DNA from: Epithemia pelagica
Taxonomy: Eukaryota; Protista; Bacillariophyta
DNA length: 64,000 bases
NCBI GenBank assembly: GCA_946965045.2
Contig: OX337231.1
Location: 2,170,001-2,234,000, forward strand
Reading direction: 5' to 3'
Of this stretch, positions 45,262 through 58,800 are shown piece after piece. Positions within the stretch are counted from its first letter, which is position 1; the number at the start of each line of letters is the position of its first letter. The notes under the pieces were generated by a model. The model did not search any database and was not told where the DNA came from. It saw only the letters and a program-made list of their open reading frames with translations. Both the position numbers and the translations under genes were made by a program.

Positions 45262-46245
45262 AGGAAAGGCAGAACGACAGGAGCAACAATGCGTCGTGAA
45301 CTCATTGTGTCGTTGAACGGGTTTGGTTTTCTCGGAGCATGCGTTTTCAGCACGGAAGGCGTGTAAGAGTGTGGACTTGAGCGTCGACCAGCTCGCTTTT
45401 TAGAGGGCTTAGGTACTCATGGAATCATTCTTTTACAAGCACGCCTAACTGGTGGGAGTAGCTGCAACAGAGCCCACATGTCGTTTAGTCTTGGTCATGA
45501 GTGACTGAAAGTGTCAAAATTTGATAGGAGGCATGTCCTATTAAATGTCCATGTCCGTTGACCATGCTCAATTGCCCATAGATGATTAGATGAGTGAGCT
45601 CGAAGGCACGTGCTTACTGACCCAATAAATAATCTTTCCTCAACGACCTCACATTTTGCCCCCACCCCCCACCCAACTTTTTGGGTGTCATTTGTCAATT
45701 GTCAATTGGAGCTACCCCTCTAGCTAGAGGTAGGTAGGTGCCATGCACCAAGAAGACAAGAGACGTGAGCTTGGAGTAGGGACTAACTATAGAGAGATAT
45801 CGTTGGGGGCCACGATGGTGGTTGAGAAAAATTGTCGATCAAGGAAGAGAGAAAGACAAGTAACCATTGAACATCGGGAGTTTCGATTTCTTGGGAAAGT
45901 TCTCTGGATCTCTAGAATGCATGACAAGGACAGAGCATGTGTTTCAGGTCCATTACAAAGACCAAATATATTGGCCATTGAGACTTTAGAGATGGGCAAT
46001 CGGCGTACCTTTTCGCCATTGGGGATTGGTTTCGATCCGGACCACAGACAGACTGCCTACAAACGATCTGTGTGTCTGCGGTGGCGGGAGACACGCAGAC
46101 CAACACGTTTCTTTGCTGCACCTCCTCCTCAATAATCTCATGTCCCAAATCATCTGTGCAACTCCTTCCGTGTGTTTGATGTTCTCGTCTTGGATCCTTG
46201 GCAATCACATTAGCTTTGTTCCAGACAACGTAAGAAAGCATCAAA

Positions 46246-47796
46246 ATGACATTGGATGTGCGCAGTCGCGACGACGGTGGTATCGTTCCTTCCGAGACGG
46301 AGCAAGAACTGAATCTTCAAGAACGACATTCAAATGATGGATCTACGCCCGAGGACAATCCCCCACAGCCTGCTCTTCATCAACAGTTGCTGCGCAGTGG
46401 TGGAAGACCGCAACTGCGTCGAAGTGATGGGTCTGGTACGTCGTCTGTGACCGGCCTTGTGGAGTCGTTGATTCATGCCCAAAAAATGTTGGATCAGGAA
46501 ATCTATGCAACCTTGTCCGTGGACGATCGAAAGGACTACGACGAGTTATCAACACTTGGAGGTGCCAGTATTGTGTCGTTGGATGAATCGGCGCATGGCT
46601 TGGAATCTCTTCCCATTCACAGTACTGGGGAATCAAACCGGAAAAGCAATCCTACGAACCACCGTGCGCTGGAGGAACCAGGGCAGCGACAACCACCACC
46701 GCTCCATCACGTGCTGAATCAACAGCGCCTTGCGTCCACTCGACGCAACGATGGAGCTGGATCATCCTCTGTGACAGGTCTTATTGTGGATGCTTTAATC
46801 GAAGCTCAGTCCATAATGAATAAGGATACACCTGGAGCATCTGTTGCCGATGAGAAAGAAGAGGTATCGACTCTTGGTAGCATATCGTCCGAAGTGAAAC
46901 GATTGGATGCTCTGTCCAAAGAACTACGGAACCATTTGTTTCAAGTAGAGCAAGATTTTCAAAACATTCGGGAACGTCGTGCGGCTGCTGGTGAGGGCAA
47001 TGGTGGCACTGCCAGTAGACGATCCAGCGAGTTGTCCTTGTTGAAAGAGCTTGTTGAGGAAGAGTCTCGTAGGATTGAAGCGTTACCATCGTCGACACAG
47101 AAAGAAGTGACGCCGTCTGCAGACAACCATGCCTCTAAAGAACGAAGCGCTGTCAAGGGAATGAGTGAACTTTCCGTGTTGAGTGATTTTCTGGAGGAAA
47201 ACAGTAAACATATTTGGGTGAACAGGGATATACCTGAGATGTCGGGTCCTCTACATAAGCGATGCGAATCATCTTCCACACTGGGCAGTGAAATGTTGGA
47301 GGATTATCCTGCTTGGCAACATTCCGCGTACCAAGATGGAAACGAGTCTTTGATAGGGAATGATTCCTTGATTGGGAATGAATCACTTGTCCACACCATC
47401 GTGGAAGAAGATTCGGAACACTCGGATATGGCGGACGACCGAACAACAGGCACATTTGCAACTCTTCTCGAAGAGTTGGATGACCCCCATACGGAGTCGA
47501 CTCCTTCTTCCACAAACAACGACTACAACCGCGACATGAATGGTTCTGGCCGCCGCTTTTGCGCACGGTCACTCAGTCTTCGAACTGCCACTGGGACACT
47601 GGCCTCCTCCAGTCAAGTCGTGACGATGCACAACAAACAAGGACCCGCCAGGATACTCCCACGGTTTTTGCGGAACCGTTTTCAACGTGTCAACGATACC
47701 AAGGCTTTGGCTGTGGGTGTACCCATCTTGGGCAGTGCGTCCGATGGTCGGCGGATGATGTTTATGATGAATCCTGCTTTGCCGTCTCAAAAGTAA
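46246..47796 (+). CDS. Hypothetical low-complexity protein
   Basis: 516-aa ATG-started ORF rich in S/E, with an internal repeat (GSGTSSVTGL-VESLI / GAGSSSVTGLIVDALI). Confidence 0.6.
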   Translation: MTLDVRSRDDGGIVPSETEQELNLQERHSNDGSTPEDNPPQPALHQQLLRSGGRPQLRRSDGSGTSSVTGLVESLIHAQKMLDQEIYATLSVDDRKDYDELSTLGGASIVSLDESAHGLESLPIHSTGESNRKSNPTNHRALEEPGQRQPPPLHHVLNQQRLASTRRNDGAGSSSVTGLIVDALIEAQSIMNKDTPGASVADEKEEVSTLGSISSEVKRLDALSKELRNHLFQVEQDFQNIRERRAAAGEGNGGTASRRSSELSLLKELVEEESRRIEALPSSTQKEVTPSADNHASKERSAVKGMSELSVLSDFLEENSKHIWVNRDIPEMSGPLHKRCESSSTLGSEMLEDYPAWQHSAYQDGNESLIGNDSLIGNESLVHTIVEEDSEHSDMADDRTTGTFATLLEELDDPHTESTPSSTNNDYNRDMNGSGRRFCARSLSLRTATGTLASSSQVVTMHNKQGPARILPRFLRNRFQRVNDTKALAVGVPILGSASDGRRMMFMMNPALPSQK

Positions 47797-48381
47797 TTTG
47801 GCACTTGATGAGTTCATTGTCCAGAAACCGCGTCTAGCTGGCTCCTTAAGGAGCACGTCGTCAAGGAAGTATCTCATAGCTCGAGAGTCTATCATCACAA
47901 AAACAATCTAAGCGAACGAAAGATTTCGATGGTGGTGTAGGGATACCAATCGAGTGTTTCGGCTGAAGCCGTTTTCACATAATTCCTAGACAAGGCATGA
48001 AGCGGAGGGAGCTTGACAAGAAACTGGTTATACGCTCGTCGCGCGCATTGAAAGAGATGTAAAGGTCAACATATTGAGGCTGACAAGAAATTATACTTCT
48101 GTTTGTGGATATTCAAAATAGCACCTTTAATATTATTACAAAGAATTGGTTCTAGACATTTGACTAAGTTTGGGTTGATGGATTAACCCGTTTCTGTTCA
48201 AACAATGAGAATGTAGAGAAGACTGCATTTTCTGTTTCACGTAAAACCTGTCCGGTTGTTGTGGCGTGTTGTTTCCTTTGATGTGCGATGAATGCCAGTT
48301 GCATTGGGAGCATTCCCCTGATCCCTTCCCTTTTACCATCTGAGTTCAATTTTGGGTTGGATTGACGATTCTTCATACGTT

Positions 48382-50487
48382 TCAATCCATTCGATCGAGC
48401 ATTTTTGGTTCCGCCAAATCCAATGCAATGAGATTTTCGGACAAGTCGGACATGATACTGCCGCTGAGAGATGCCGAGGCAATGGACATGCTTGCTACCG
48501 AAGCATTTCCACCACCGCCTCCACCCGCCATGCGGTTTGTCTTACTGCTGCTGTCTTCGCCACTGCTAGACCCGTAGTACAACTGCGCAGGAGATGGTAC
48601 GGGTGGGACGGCGGCCTGAGGTCTTTGATGCAGCGATGAGCTCATTCCAGTCGATGACTGACGCATCATGGTGGATTCCATAACTCCACTTGGTGCTCCT
48701 GCTCCAAAAGCAGCAGTAGCTCCCATTGGCATTGAGCCAGACATTGCCTGATCACGTAGGTAATACGAATGGAACGACTGCTGACCAGACATGACGGAGT
48801 TCACATCGTGAATGCCTCCACCTATAAGCGAATGATCCGCCCAGCTCATGTTATCAGCATGTTGTGCCATGCCTTCTTGCCAAGAGCGTGTTCGTTGAAG
48901 CGATGAGCCGCCAATGGAGCGCATATCAGCCGATTCCAAAGTCCGCTGGCTTCCGTTTGCCCATTGTTGACGTAGCTGCTGCAACTGATTGTATCGCATT
49001 GCTTGGAATTGCTGGTAGGATTGGGGTCTTGCCATGGGTTGTTGGAATTCGGACTGGCCTCCATGATTTTCGGCACCGCTCAACGCGCTAATGGGGTCTG
49101 TCAACGCCGAGATCCCAGACATACCGGACAGAGCACTTGGGTTCGCTCCGGTGTTGGCAGACATTCCAGAGAGCATACTAGATTCTCCACCAGCATCAGG
49201 GACATGGAACTGGCGACCAAAAGCAATATCTTTTGTCGGTGGTGCAGGAAATTCGCCATCGTCTGTATGTCGCATGGCCGCTGCTGCCGCTCCTGAGACG
49301 CCTTTGGCACCACGTCCCCTCACACCAGGAAAAATGGCCTTGGAGGGACCTTTCTCTTGTGTGGGTGGTAAGATGGGCTGATAAGAGTCTTGTGTTACGC
49401 TATGCATTCCATGGTACGATCCAAACGATCCCTTGGATTGCTGTGACGTCACAGATCTCTGTGATGAGGATTGTGTCGTGATAACTTTAGCACCACGGCC
49501 TGAAACAGCTGTTGCAGTGCCAACCGTCACGGTTGCCAATGGTTGAACTGCTGCCGAGCTTGACGATGGAGGTATTTGCTTCTTACTCTTTGAAGCCGAA
49601 GAAGGCGTCTTCTTGGCAGCTGGAGACACTGAACTCTTTGAATCAGCTTGTTCTCCACCCTCTTTTTCCTCATCAGACCCGATTTCGTCACGGATATCAG
49701 GAGCATCTTCACGAAGAGCCTGGCCAACCTTTTTTATTGCTTTGGCGTCTCCAATGTCGTACCAGGAGCCATCTGGGTCCTCCTTCAAAAAGCGACCAGG
49801 GGGTTCCTTGGCTCGGATATCGCGGACAATATCGGCCGCAATATGCGCCTTTTCCAATTTCTTGGTCGTGGGGGCCAGATAATCCTTCTTTCTTTGCACG
49901 ACAATGTCCCGGAAGCGAACATTTCCCGTGTGAGCGTTGATTCGTCCTCCTCGGCCACAAAGAACATCATTATCGTTTGGTTCATGAATTGGGCCAATTC
50001 CACGAGGTGGGATCTGGATCTCTGGTCTTGGTTGGGCCGTCGATTTCTTTTTGGTTTTCTTCTCCGGTGATGCTTTTCCTGAAGTCGAGGCTTGAGATGA
50101 AGGCGTGACAGTCTTTCCTTCCGATGAGGATGGAGCTGAGGCAGGAGAGGGGTTGTTGCCTCCAGCGAACAAACCTGTGACCAGGGCCCCAGCCGCTTGT
50201 CGTCTCTGTCGCTTCCGATGGGCATTCTGTCGATCCATAAAAGAAGAAGTATTAGAAGACTTGTGTTTTCTCGCCGAACTAATGATTCGGCCCGAAGGGT
50301 CACGTTGAGGAGAGCTCATTTTTGGTGATGGATATACAGGGGAAGGCGCACTCGATGCGATTGCGACTGTCATTTTGTTGGAAGTGATCGACCCTGGGTC
50401 GTCTTTGTGCGAAGTCAGTGTGGAAACGTGACGAAGAGACGATACAGGGGGAAGTAAACTTTGGTAGTAATAGTGTTGTGATTGCAA
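48382..50487 (-). CDS. DUF6824-domain protein (diatom-expanded family) with long disordered tails
   Basis: PNDNDVLCGRGG...HTGNVRFR...GRFLK...WYDIGDAKAIKKVGQALRE. First ATG in frame is 50373. Confidence 0.82.
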   Translation of the reverse strand: MQSQHYYYQSLLPPVSSLRHVSTLTSHKDDPGSITSNKMTVAIASSAPSPVYPSPKMSSPQRDPSGRIISSARKHKSSNTSSFMDRQNAHRKRQRRQAAGALVTGLFAGGNNPSPASAPSSSEGKTVTPSSQASTSGKASPEKKTKKKSTAQPRPEIQIPPRGIGPIHEPNDNDVLCGRGGRINAHTGNVRFRDIVVQRKKDYLAPTTKKLEKAHIAADIVRDIRAKEPPGRFLKEDPDGSWYDIGDAKAIKKVGQALREDAPDIRDEIGSDEEKEGGEQADSKSSVSPAAKKTPSSASKSKKQIPPSSSSAAVQPLATVTVGTATAVSGRGAKVITTQSSSQRSVTSQQSKGSFGSYHGMHSVTQDSYQPILPPTQEKGPSKAIFPGVRGRGAKGVSGAAAAAMRHTDDGEFPAPPTKDIAFGRQFHVPDAGGESSMLSGMSANTGANPSALSGMSGISALTDPISALSGAENHGGQSEFQQPMARPQSYQQFQAMRYNQLQQLRQQWANGSQRTLESADMRSIGGSSLQRTRSWQEGMAQHADNMSWADHSLIGGGIHDVNSVMSGQQSFHSYYLRDQAMSGSMPMGATAAFGAGAPSGVMESTMMRQSSTGMSSSLHQRPQAAVPPVPSPAQLYYGSSSGEDSSSKTNRMAGGGGGGNASVASMSIASASLSGSIMSDLSENLIALDLAEPKMLDRMD

Positions 50488-51305
50488 AGCAAGTCAATGG
50501 ATATGTTTGGATTGTGATTTTGTGACGACGAGATGTTCTCAACAGAAATCGTTCAGTCGTTCCAAAACTCGTCCAACCTTTCTCATCATACCGGCAAAAG
50601 AAACAAATCCCGGCGCGAGCGAATGAAACGTTCAACGAGAAATTTTAATGAAAACCCAAGAGCTCACGCTAAGAGTGTCTCGCAGAACACACTGGAAACA
50701 TCGCTTTGACACGATGCAGGTTTCGCACGACCCTTCTCGCGATGAAAGATTTTCTTATGCACAATACGCAAGAGTCACAAGGACGGACTTTCGACCGGTC
50801 TGAATCTTTTGTTTCCTGACAACAATCACTCACCAAGGAACCAGGTTGCATTTCTCTAATGATTTGTCTTCGATTGTCAAAATGTGAAGTGCTGCCTATA
50901 GAATTCTTCTTTTGTTTGCCTCGTTTGTTTTGTTGCGTTGAGGTGTTCTCTCTCTTTCACTTGTCTCCGTCCCGCATACTCCACTCTGTCGTTGTTCGTC
51001 CATGGTCCGTTGAATCCATGAGCCTTCTGCTTTCGGTTTATGCCCTTGGAGGGCTTATTCATTTTCATCTCGTCGCCGCTGGGTATTCCTCTTTAGGTTG
51101 ACGTGTTAGGTAGTTCGGGGTTTGGGGGTAGTAGGTAGTAGCATCAAAATACTCCTACTCTACTCCTAGCTAGGAGTAGAAGTAAGGTTATAATCCTAAA
51201 TGGATAAGCATTGACACTAGTTCGTCAAATGGTTAGAGTCTGCAATGTTTTTTCTCTCAACATTTATCACTCTTCAGTGAATCTAAAAGAACTCGAACGG
51301 TGCAC

Positions 51306-52333
51306 TCAGACTTTGTATTTGATGGCCTCTCGGTCAAAGGCGGAAACCACACGATCGAGGTTGGCGCAGAATGGATGCGCGGGAAATTGATCCTTCATTT
51401 GCGCAACCAATTCATCGGCCGGTTTGTTTTGTTGCACGTTGCAAACAATAAGGTTCACCAAGGTATCCGGAATGACTGCAACATCGCTAAAGTCGCGAAT
51501 GCATTCTTCCAGTTTGCTCTGTGCATTGTCGTAATCCCCCTGCAACATGAATCCAACCGCCATGAGATTCAACAACAATGGTGATGCACCGTACTGTTCC
51601 GTCAGAGAATTTAGGCCATGAACGGCATCCGGTGCTCCCTTCGATCCCGTCGCTAAGCTAACATAAACATTGGCAAGTTGAGTCAAAATAGCATCCTCGT
51701 CCGCTTGACGCAGCAAGTTGTACTGTTGTTTGGCCAAGTCCAATCGATCCAGTTTGAGGTAAATTTGCATAACTTGCGCAATGTGTTCCATAGTGGCACC
51801 CAAATGCACCTGCTGCAGAGCTTCTTTCGTTTGACCCGCAGCCAAAAGCACTTGCGACGTGGTCAACTGAATCGAAGGATTTGGATTGGATGCCGCCAGT
51901 GTTTTCAGCTGGTCGACATATCCCGTTTGAGCAGCTTCATTGCCACTTGCCAGTTCAAATTGGGCCTTTAAGACCAACGCCTGCAATGCTACACCGAGAG
52001 GAAGACCAATCGATAGCGTCAGTATCGAATGCGACAAAATTCACGTGATTTTACGTAACAAATGCGCCTTCAATGCACAAGTCAATCCATCACTGAGTTG
52101 GGAATAATAAATGCTTAACTCCCTTCCGACGTACCTGGAGTATCCGAGAGATTGAGTGCCTTGTCGTGCTGGTTCGCGGCAATATAAGCACGAGAGAGGA
52201 ATTCTTCTCGTTCAGCCTTTAGATTCGGAGACATTGGGCGCCGAGCTATCGATTTGGCCTCATCGATTGCCATTTGATAATGACCTAGCCAGAATTGGGC
52301 GCGCAGTGTGTAAAGATCATCGGGTTCCGTCAT
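51306..52333 (-). CDS. COPE: Coatomer subunit epsilon; 2 exons
   Basis: MTEPDDLYTLRAQFWLGHYQ, LKLDRLDLA, EDAILTQLA, SPLLLNLMA, FDRE. GT-AG intron at 52134-51989. Confidence 0.9.
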
Positions 52334-52670
52334 GGTCACAAAGGGAAAGATAGCACGCTCAAATTGTGTCCGGGAAGAGGCATTGCGCTGTGGTGGGGGA
52401 ACGTAAAGCGTCGCCCCCCACTATGCTTTACATGGGTTCACGTTCCCCGCTATTCCTCTCTAGCTAGAGGTGTATGTCGTGTGTCGTGGCCTGGGGTTGG
52501 GGTACTCCTCGAGAAGTGTGGGTCCTTCAAAGTCTAGAGTGAGAAGTCTACAAATTGATCAAACGAAGGATATGTCTTTCTATTCTATTTGCAAGCTTTA
52601 GCTATTCTCTTGTGGACCAGTTCTTCTGATCCGGATCGCATGTTCATGGGTGTTCATCCTGGGCCTGGCT

Positions 52671-53339
52671 TCAGTTGGAAGCTTCTTGTGTTGGAGAACT
52701 CATTTTCATCATTCTCTTCAGAATGAGGTCTCGATTCATGGAAAGAAAAGAATTCCAGCTCGGCCACTCGCAATGACGAGTATAATCCAAGGGCGTGTGT
52801 CCTCGCACGTCTTCCGTGACCAAATAGGTTGGATCGACCACTTGAAGCAGAAATCGCAAGATTTCAGTTTCCAACTCGGGCCTCCAGCATGCGTCGTGCA
52901 GAATAGAGCGTCCCAAGTTATCGGTAACGTGAACATCGACACCAGCTTCCAGCACCAAGAACTTTATTGTTTCGAGATCACCACGGCGACAGGCCAAATG
53001 GATCAGATACTCGCCATTGATGTTGCAGACATCAAAACATTGGTCTTGATCGTTGAGGAGTTCCCGCAATCGGTCAACGTCGCGGGATCGAATGGCGTTG
53101 ACGACATTGTTGTTGTATGAGTCCGTGTTCGCAGCGTAACAGATGGCGTTTGCCTCTGTTGACACGGACGAGGATGAAAGCATGTGCTTGCGCCCGGTCA
53201 GCTTTGGAAAGATGGAATTCATCGTGTCTTTTGGGTGACAAGCGCTATCAGAAACGCTAAGTTTACTTGAATCGTCGCGAAGCATCATTGTTCTGTATTG
53301 TGTTGGTTCTTGCCAATTGCTTGTTGATTGACTTTGCAT
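52671..53339 (-). CDS. Ankyrin-repeat protein
   Basis: NINGEYLIHLACRRGD, DNLGRSILHDACW, DVRGHTPLDY. Confidence 0.85.
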   Translation of the reverse strand: MQSQSTSNWQEPTQYRTMMLRDDSSKLSVSDSACHPKDTMNSIFPKLTGRKHMLSSSSVSTEANAICYAANTDSYNNNVVNAIRSRDVDRLRELLNDQDQCFDVCNINGEYLIHLACRRGDLETIKFLVLEAGVDVHVTDNLGRSILHDACWRPELETEILRFLLQVVDPTYLVTEDVRGHTPLDYTRHCEWPSWNSFLSMNRDLILKRMMKMSSPTQEASN

Positions 53340-55090
53340 TGTTTTCCTTGCTCAACTATTTTATGGGATGCCTAATCAACGCAGCAAAGAGCAAAGACAA
53401 ACAACCCCAATTTATTTATTCCCTGGCCAACTGGTCGGTGTCAGACTCACTTTGTTGTTGATCCGTGCTGATGTGTACCCCCGACCACCTGAAATTTGGT
53501 GTACGCAAGCGCCATTCGGAACCTGGGTTTGGGCTACGTGGTCGCGATTCTGATGGTTTTGTTCCGTGTGGCAAGTCGAATGAGCCGGTGTGTTCGCGTC
53601 TGGCGAGTGGCGAGTTCTCACTCGTGGTCTCACTCGTGGAGTGGGGTACAAATGCGACTGAAAATTTTAGATGGTATGCCTTTTATAAAGATCTCATCAT
53701 GTCTGACAAATGTCCTGAATCAACGACCATATGTTTGAATTTCATTCCCTATTGGTCTTGTCGTACTCCTGATAAAAAAGACATAGTCTTTTATAGAAAG
53801 TTAGGGTATCGCATTCCGTTAATGCGATTGATCAAGTCGGAGTCCACGTATGCACGAAGCCGACGAAGACGAATTCGGACTATTCTACTATTCTCGTTTT
53901 TTACCACAGCGTCCACATGCTGTGCATGTTTGAGTGCATGCACGCTCCTGGGAGGGTCATCAAACGACCGACATCCGACATCCGACCAGTGGTAGATAAC
54001 AGTAACGACTAGAGCGGTAGGTTCGGACGCATAATGTTTGGTATGCGAGAGCTTCGGAAAATGCTTCTGGAAGCCACTTCGGGTTTTCGTCTCAATACAT
54101 TTATCTCATGAGTTGGTCGCTGTTTTCATGATGGCTCAGAATGCTGTCACCACCAGGGCGAATTGGATGTCAGATGCGCCTAGGATCTGATATCAGACCG
54201 GAGAAACGAGAAACCGTGAATGGAGCCCACTTTTGCCTTTTCACTCATGTGGATGATTAGAATTTATGGACACGAACACGAATGGCTTTCGCACTGTCGG
54301 ATCACTTTGTTCTTCTAGCTGCACCCGACCGCATCAAGATCCATCCGTGGATGTTGGATGTTGGATCATGGTACCTTTGCCAATCAAATCGATCCATAAA
54401 AACCTGGGTCCAACAAAATCGGTTCATAAAAAACATGCGTTGAGATTTTGCAGGAAAACTTGAGATGGGCTTAAATGTTTGGGCAGGGGCAGTACTATTG
54501 AAAAACACTCGGAAGTTGGTAGCTGTCACCATGATATCCAGTGGAGTCAACGATCGCTTCATTCAATACCACGATGAATGATAATGCAAGTCCAGACTCA
54601 ACGAATGATATGCCACCATTGGCTCCAGATGAATATGAAGTGACCTGGCCAGCAGGAAGCATATTGGGTTACGGGAAATCCAAGAACAAGGGAGCAGCCT
54701 TTACGTACTATGGAAAGATGAAAGGTGGAAAGCCTAGTGAAGCGGAGTCTCTCCAGTTAATTCGAAACAAAGGAGATGTCTTTGTTGCAATTGATGGCAC
54801 TTTGGTGTGTGATGATGAGTTTGATACAGTTCGGTCCCTGATTAAGGAAAAGAAGGGTTCTCAAATGCATCTCCGGATGCGAGACATTCGGTTCTGGGAC
54901 AGTCCGAAAAAGCAAGTCGCAAGAACCAAAGATCCGATCCCTATAGTATACGCTGTCAGCCAATGTGAAACAGAAAGATTACCTACTGTCCAACCGATGT
55001 TGGCAAGCGGTGTCAGGAAAGAGGTCCATCCAACGGCATTGCTGTGTGAGGAACAGGAACAAAAGCTCTTGGCGGAAATAACGACCCTTC

Positions 55091-55856
55091 TAGTAGAATT
55101 CTGTCAGTACACGCTCTAGAAGAGCCACAATCGATTACCAACTGATACCAAGGTTCTCCACGGGTCAGAGAACAAAGGAAACCCAAGGGTTCTATCGTAG
55201 GGATAGTCAGGACACTGAAGACGTGATGATATGGTAATGTTAATGATTGTGAGCTTACTACTAGGTTTGGTGTGTGAGATTTCCATTCTTGTTGTCGATC
55301 GTGTGAAATAGGTTCTTGGCGGTGATAGGTCTGGAATGGTTGGAGTTGATGTATGTGAGGTATAAAACATGTATATGTGCTTGTATATCATATACAGCCT
55401 CAACGATTCTTGGCTAAAGTTGGTATATGTAGTTTTGTTGGCGCGTCCTTGTTTGCAATCTTGAAATAGTGGGAACGATGATATGGTCTCGCGTGATCGT
55501 GATTCGTGCCTTGTGTACTTAGACCGTTGGGTCGGATACATGATCGCCACGCTCGGATAGTTCTTGCGCGCATCTTGACGAATTTGGGCGCGCACGCTTA
55601 GGGCATAGGTCAGGCTCGGATGTTCAACGGATGATCATCCGTTGATGGGATATCAAGACCAAAGTTGATTCTTGATAGCACGTTCGTCAATCTGTTCTCA
55701 CTTTTTGGTATATGCGACCGAAATATAGGTTGAGCTAGCGCGAAGCTAGGTATGTAGTGTGGATGTAGGTGATGTAGGTGATGTTTGAAGCCACGGGACT
55801 CGACTAACCGATGAGGTGCCGAACCTAACCGATGATTTTTGGTGAGAGTTCTACTA
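55091..55856 (-). repeat. Element C 3' LTR (TA...TA)
   Basis: Direct repeat of 62553-63318, with terminal inverted repeat TAGTAGAA...TTCTACTA. Confidence 0.95.
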
Positions 55857-58800
55857 CTCCCCACAGCTCGTTGGTTCAGCCTTGTCATCGCTGGATTCGT
55901 AGAGATCTTGAACTTCTCCTCTCCAAAACAATAGGGGCTTGAGTAGAGGCCAAATAGTTGCAAATTCCCAAGGCTTGCTGAGGATGTCGGCAGGGTTGGT
56001 CTTCCCATCCTTCCAATAGAATGCAACGTATTGCGCTGCTATTGCTTCTCGTACCCGGTGATATGAAAGGAGATGATGTCTCTTGGACAAGATAGAATGA
56101 GGCATTGTTGCGTTAACAACCACAGATCGATTGTCTCCAAACAGATAACTGCGATCCCTGATTGGTACTCCAAGGTAACGAAGTGAATGCCGTAATTCAG
56201 TGATTTGGTCGACTGCTGTCCTTGCTGCCACAAATTCTGATCCATATGTTGCCGTTTCCACAGTGCTCTGTCGTTTGCTGTACCAATCAATTGGTGTCCC
56301 ATTCAAGAGATGCAGGATGGCTGTTACAGACTTTCCTGTGATCATGTCGTGCATAAGGTTAGCATCAAGATAGTGCGTTGTCGTCACATATCGTCCAAGT
56401 GGTTCTGGGCAATCATGAGGGATGTATTCCTTGGCATCTGAATAGACCGTACGACTCCAATCAAAGTCTTGACTTGGAATGCTTGAGAAATCGGGCTCTC
56501 CGATTCGGAATCTGATTGCACCATCAGAAAGATTGAAAAGGTATCCATAGATGCGTTTAGCTCTGTTGAGATGTCCCTGTCTTGGAGCTGCGCGAAACCT
56601 GGAAAGGGTCATCGTAGCAGTAAAAACATCAAAGCGACCAATTGTAATCACCCACTGAAGCTGTCCAATCAAGGTCTGGAAGTGCTGTGTACCTTCTTCA
56701 TCAAGGAGTTCGGTGTCGTCCAATTCCGGGTGATCACCAGCAATGAGAGGGGTTTTAGCCTTCTTGGGTTTCTCTTTGAAGATACGTTCGAAGGTGTCCA
56801 TCATTTTGCTAATGTATCGACGTGGATCAGAGACTAGGGTTCCGTCAGGGTCCTTGGTGTACCGGCATCCCAGGTGATAGTCAATAGGTCCATCTCCCTT
56901 AAGCTTGAAGTTGTACTTTTCCTTGAAGACTTTGCAAATGTTTCTAGGGTCAGTAGCTATGATGGCTAAGTCATCCACATATACGGCGATGTATTCGTAG
57001 CAATCCTCCCCAGGTGCTTTTCTCATCCAAATGTCAGGATCTGCCTTGCTTGGTGAGAAACCCATATCGGTGAGGACGTCAAAAAGGACATCATGCCATC
57101 GTGCGCCTGAAGATTTGAGACCATAGAGGGCCTTGTAGATGATGAGGATGTGACCTTCTAGCTCCTTGAACTCGGGTCCTGCCACAATATATAACTTCTC
57201 CCCAGTCAATGCTTCAAGATACGCATTCCCAATGTCTGCTCCCCATACTTCTAGATCGTTCAGAGATCCAAGGAATAAAGCAATTCGTAGGTTGCGAATA
57301 GAAACAACTCCAGAGTAGATTGTTTCCACAGGTTCCTTCGTCAAGTGTCCGTCTGCAACAAGTCGTGCCTTGTGCCTACCATCATGTTTCACATCAAAAA
57401 CGAGATGCACTCGAATCTTTTGATATCCCTCAGGTGCATTTGATACCTTGCCATTTGTGAAGATGGCCTTCCCATGGTCCTTGAATGTCTCATATGATTG
57501 TATCTGAGACAGTTCCAATTCAGTTGCGTCTTGCCACCTTGTGGTACCATTTTGTTTGTCAAGATTGACAGCCTCGGCGTAATCTCGAGGGACTTGGAAT
57601 CCAAACTTATACTTGACTGATCGACGTACTTGTTTGATCCTTGATTGTTTTGCAGCACGTATCAGGCGTTTACTCGTCTTGACGTAGCGTTTCAGGTGTT
57701 TCCATCCTGGTTCGTTGAGGAGCCCATGCTTCTTTCCATATATGGCAACGGTGATTGGGTCGTCGTTGGCAATAAGGGAGAGTGGTTCATAGGTTGTCTC
57801 CCCAGTTTCCCAATCCACAAGCAAGTTATACTTACTCCCCTTATAATCCGGGTCGGTTGAAGACAGTGGGCCTTGATGTGCAATAACATCCCTGAAACGG
57901 AACAAATTATCTCCCGAGGTCTGCGCTTGATTGTCCCTCTCAATATACTCCATTAACTGGTTATAAGAGATCATTTCATCAACGTCAGAATTTGTCTTGC
58001 GGTAGATGTACTTGATGCGTTCTTCTTGCTTGAGTGATTCTTCATTAAGATCTACAACTCGTTTGACAACGCGTGCTCGATGACGCTCCCCATTTTCTTC
58101 AGTGTCGCATAGGAAAGTGCGTCCTATCATGTCTTCGTAATCGATTGTAGGCATTGGTTTGGATGGATCTTCACTTTTACTGCGAATGAAGACAGTGTCA
58201 GCCTGCTTATCAGTGTCATCTTTCGGAGACGTCTCCCCTGAAGGTCGATCCACACGAAGGTTGGGTGTAGTGGAAGCGACACGGCGAACAGCGGAACGGT
58301 AGAGGATATGGTTGTCAGCAGACAAAATTTTCCATGTAAAAGCATCACCAACGTTGTGAGCAAAACCAACCCAATGGCCAAGTTTCTCATCGGTCGAAGA
58401 AGGGTAGGGACCAGACGACGGTTCGGAGGGGTCAACACGATAGTAGACTTCATCCCAGAAGGGAAAGAACAGGAGGTGCGAAATGTCGGGAGGGTGACCG
58501 GTGAGAGCCTCAATAGGAGTACGTCCAGAGTGTGCATGTGAAGAAGAATGATTCAATAAGTCACAGACATATTCTAGGCAAAGTAACCAAACATTGGCCG
58601 GGCATCCAGTTGCATTCATGATAGCGTTCGTCATTCGTTTAACGGTCTGATAACGATTCTCGGCTTTGTTCTGATGCTGGTGGTATGGTTCAGAGCGATA
58701 CTCCCCGATGAGCAAGGTGCGAAGGATATCCTTAACCTTATGGGAAATGAGAGATGAACCCCCATCACTAATGAGTGTCTCCATAACACCTCGCATGCGT

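Noticed and set aside
53340-54540. Short ORFs and small direct repeats (CTCACTCGTGG twice, CCGACAT twice)
   Set aside because: Too short and unstructured to support a feature.
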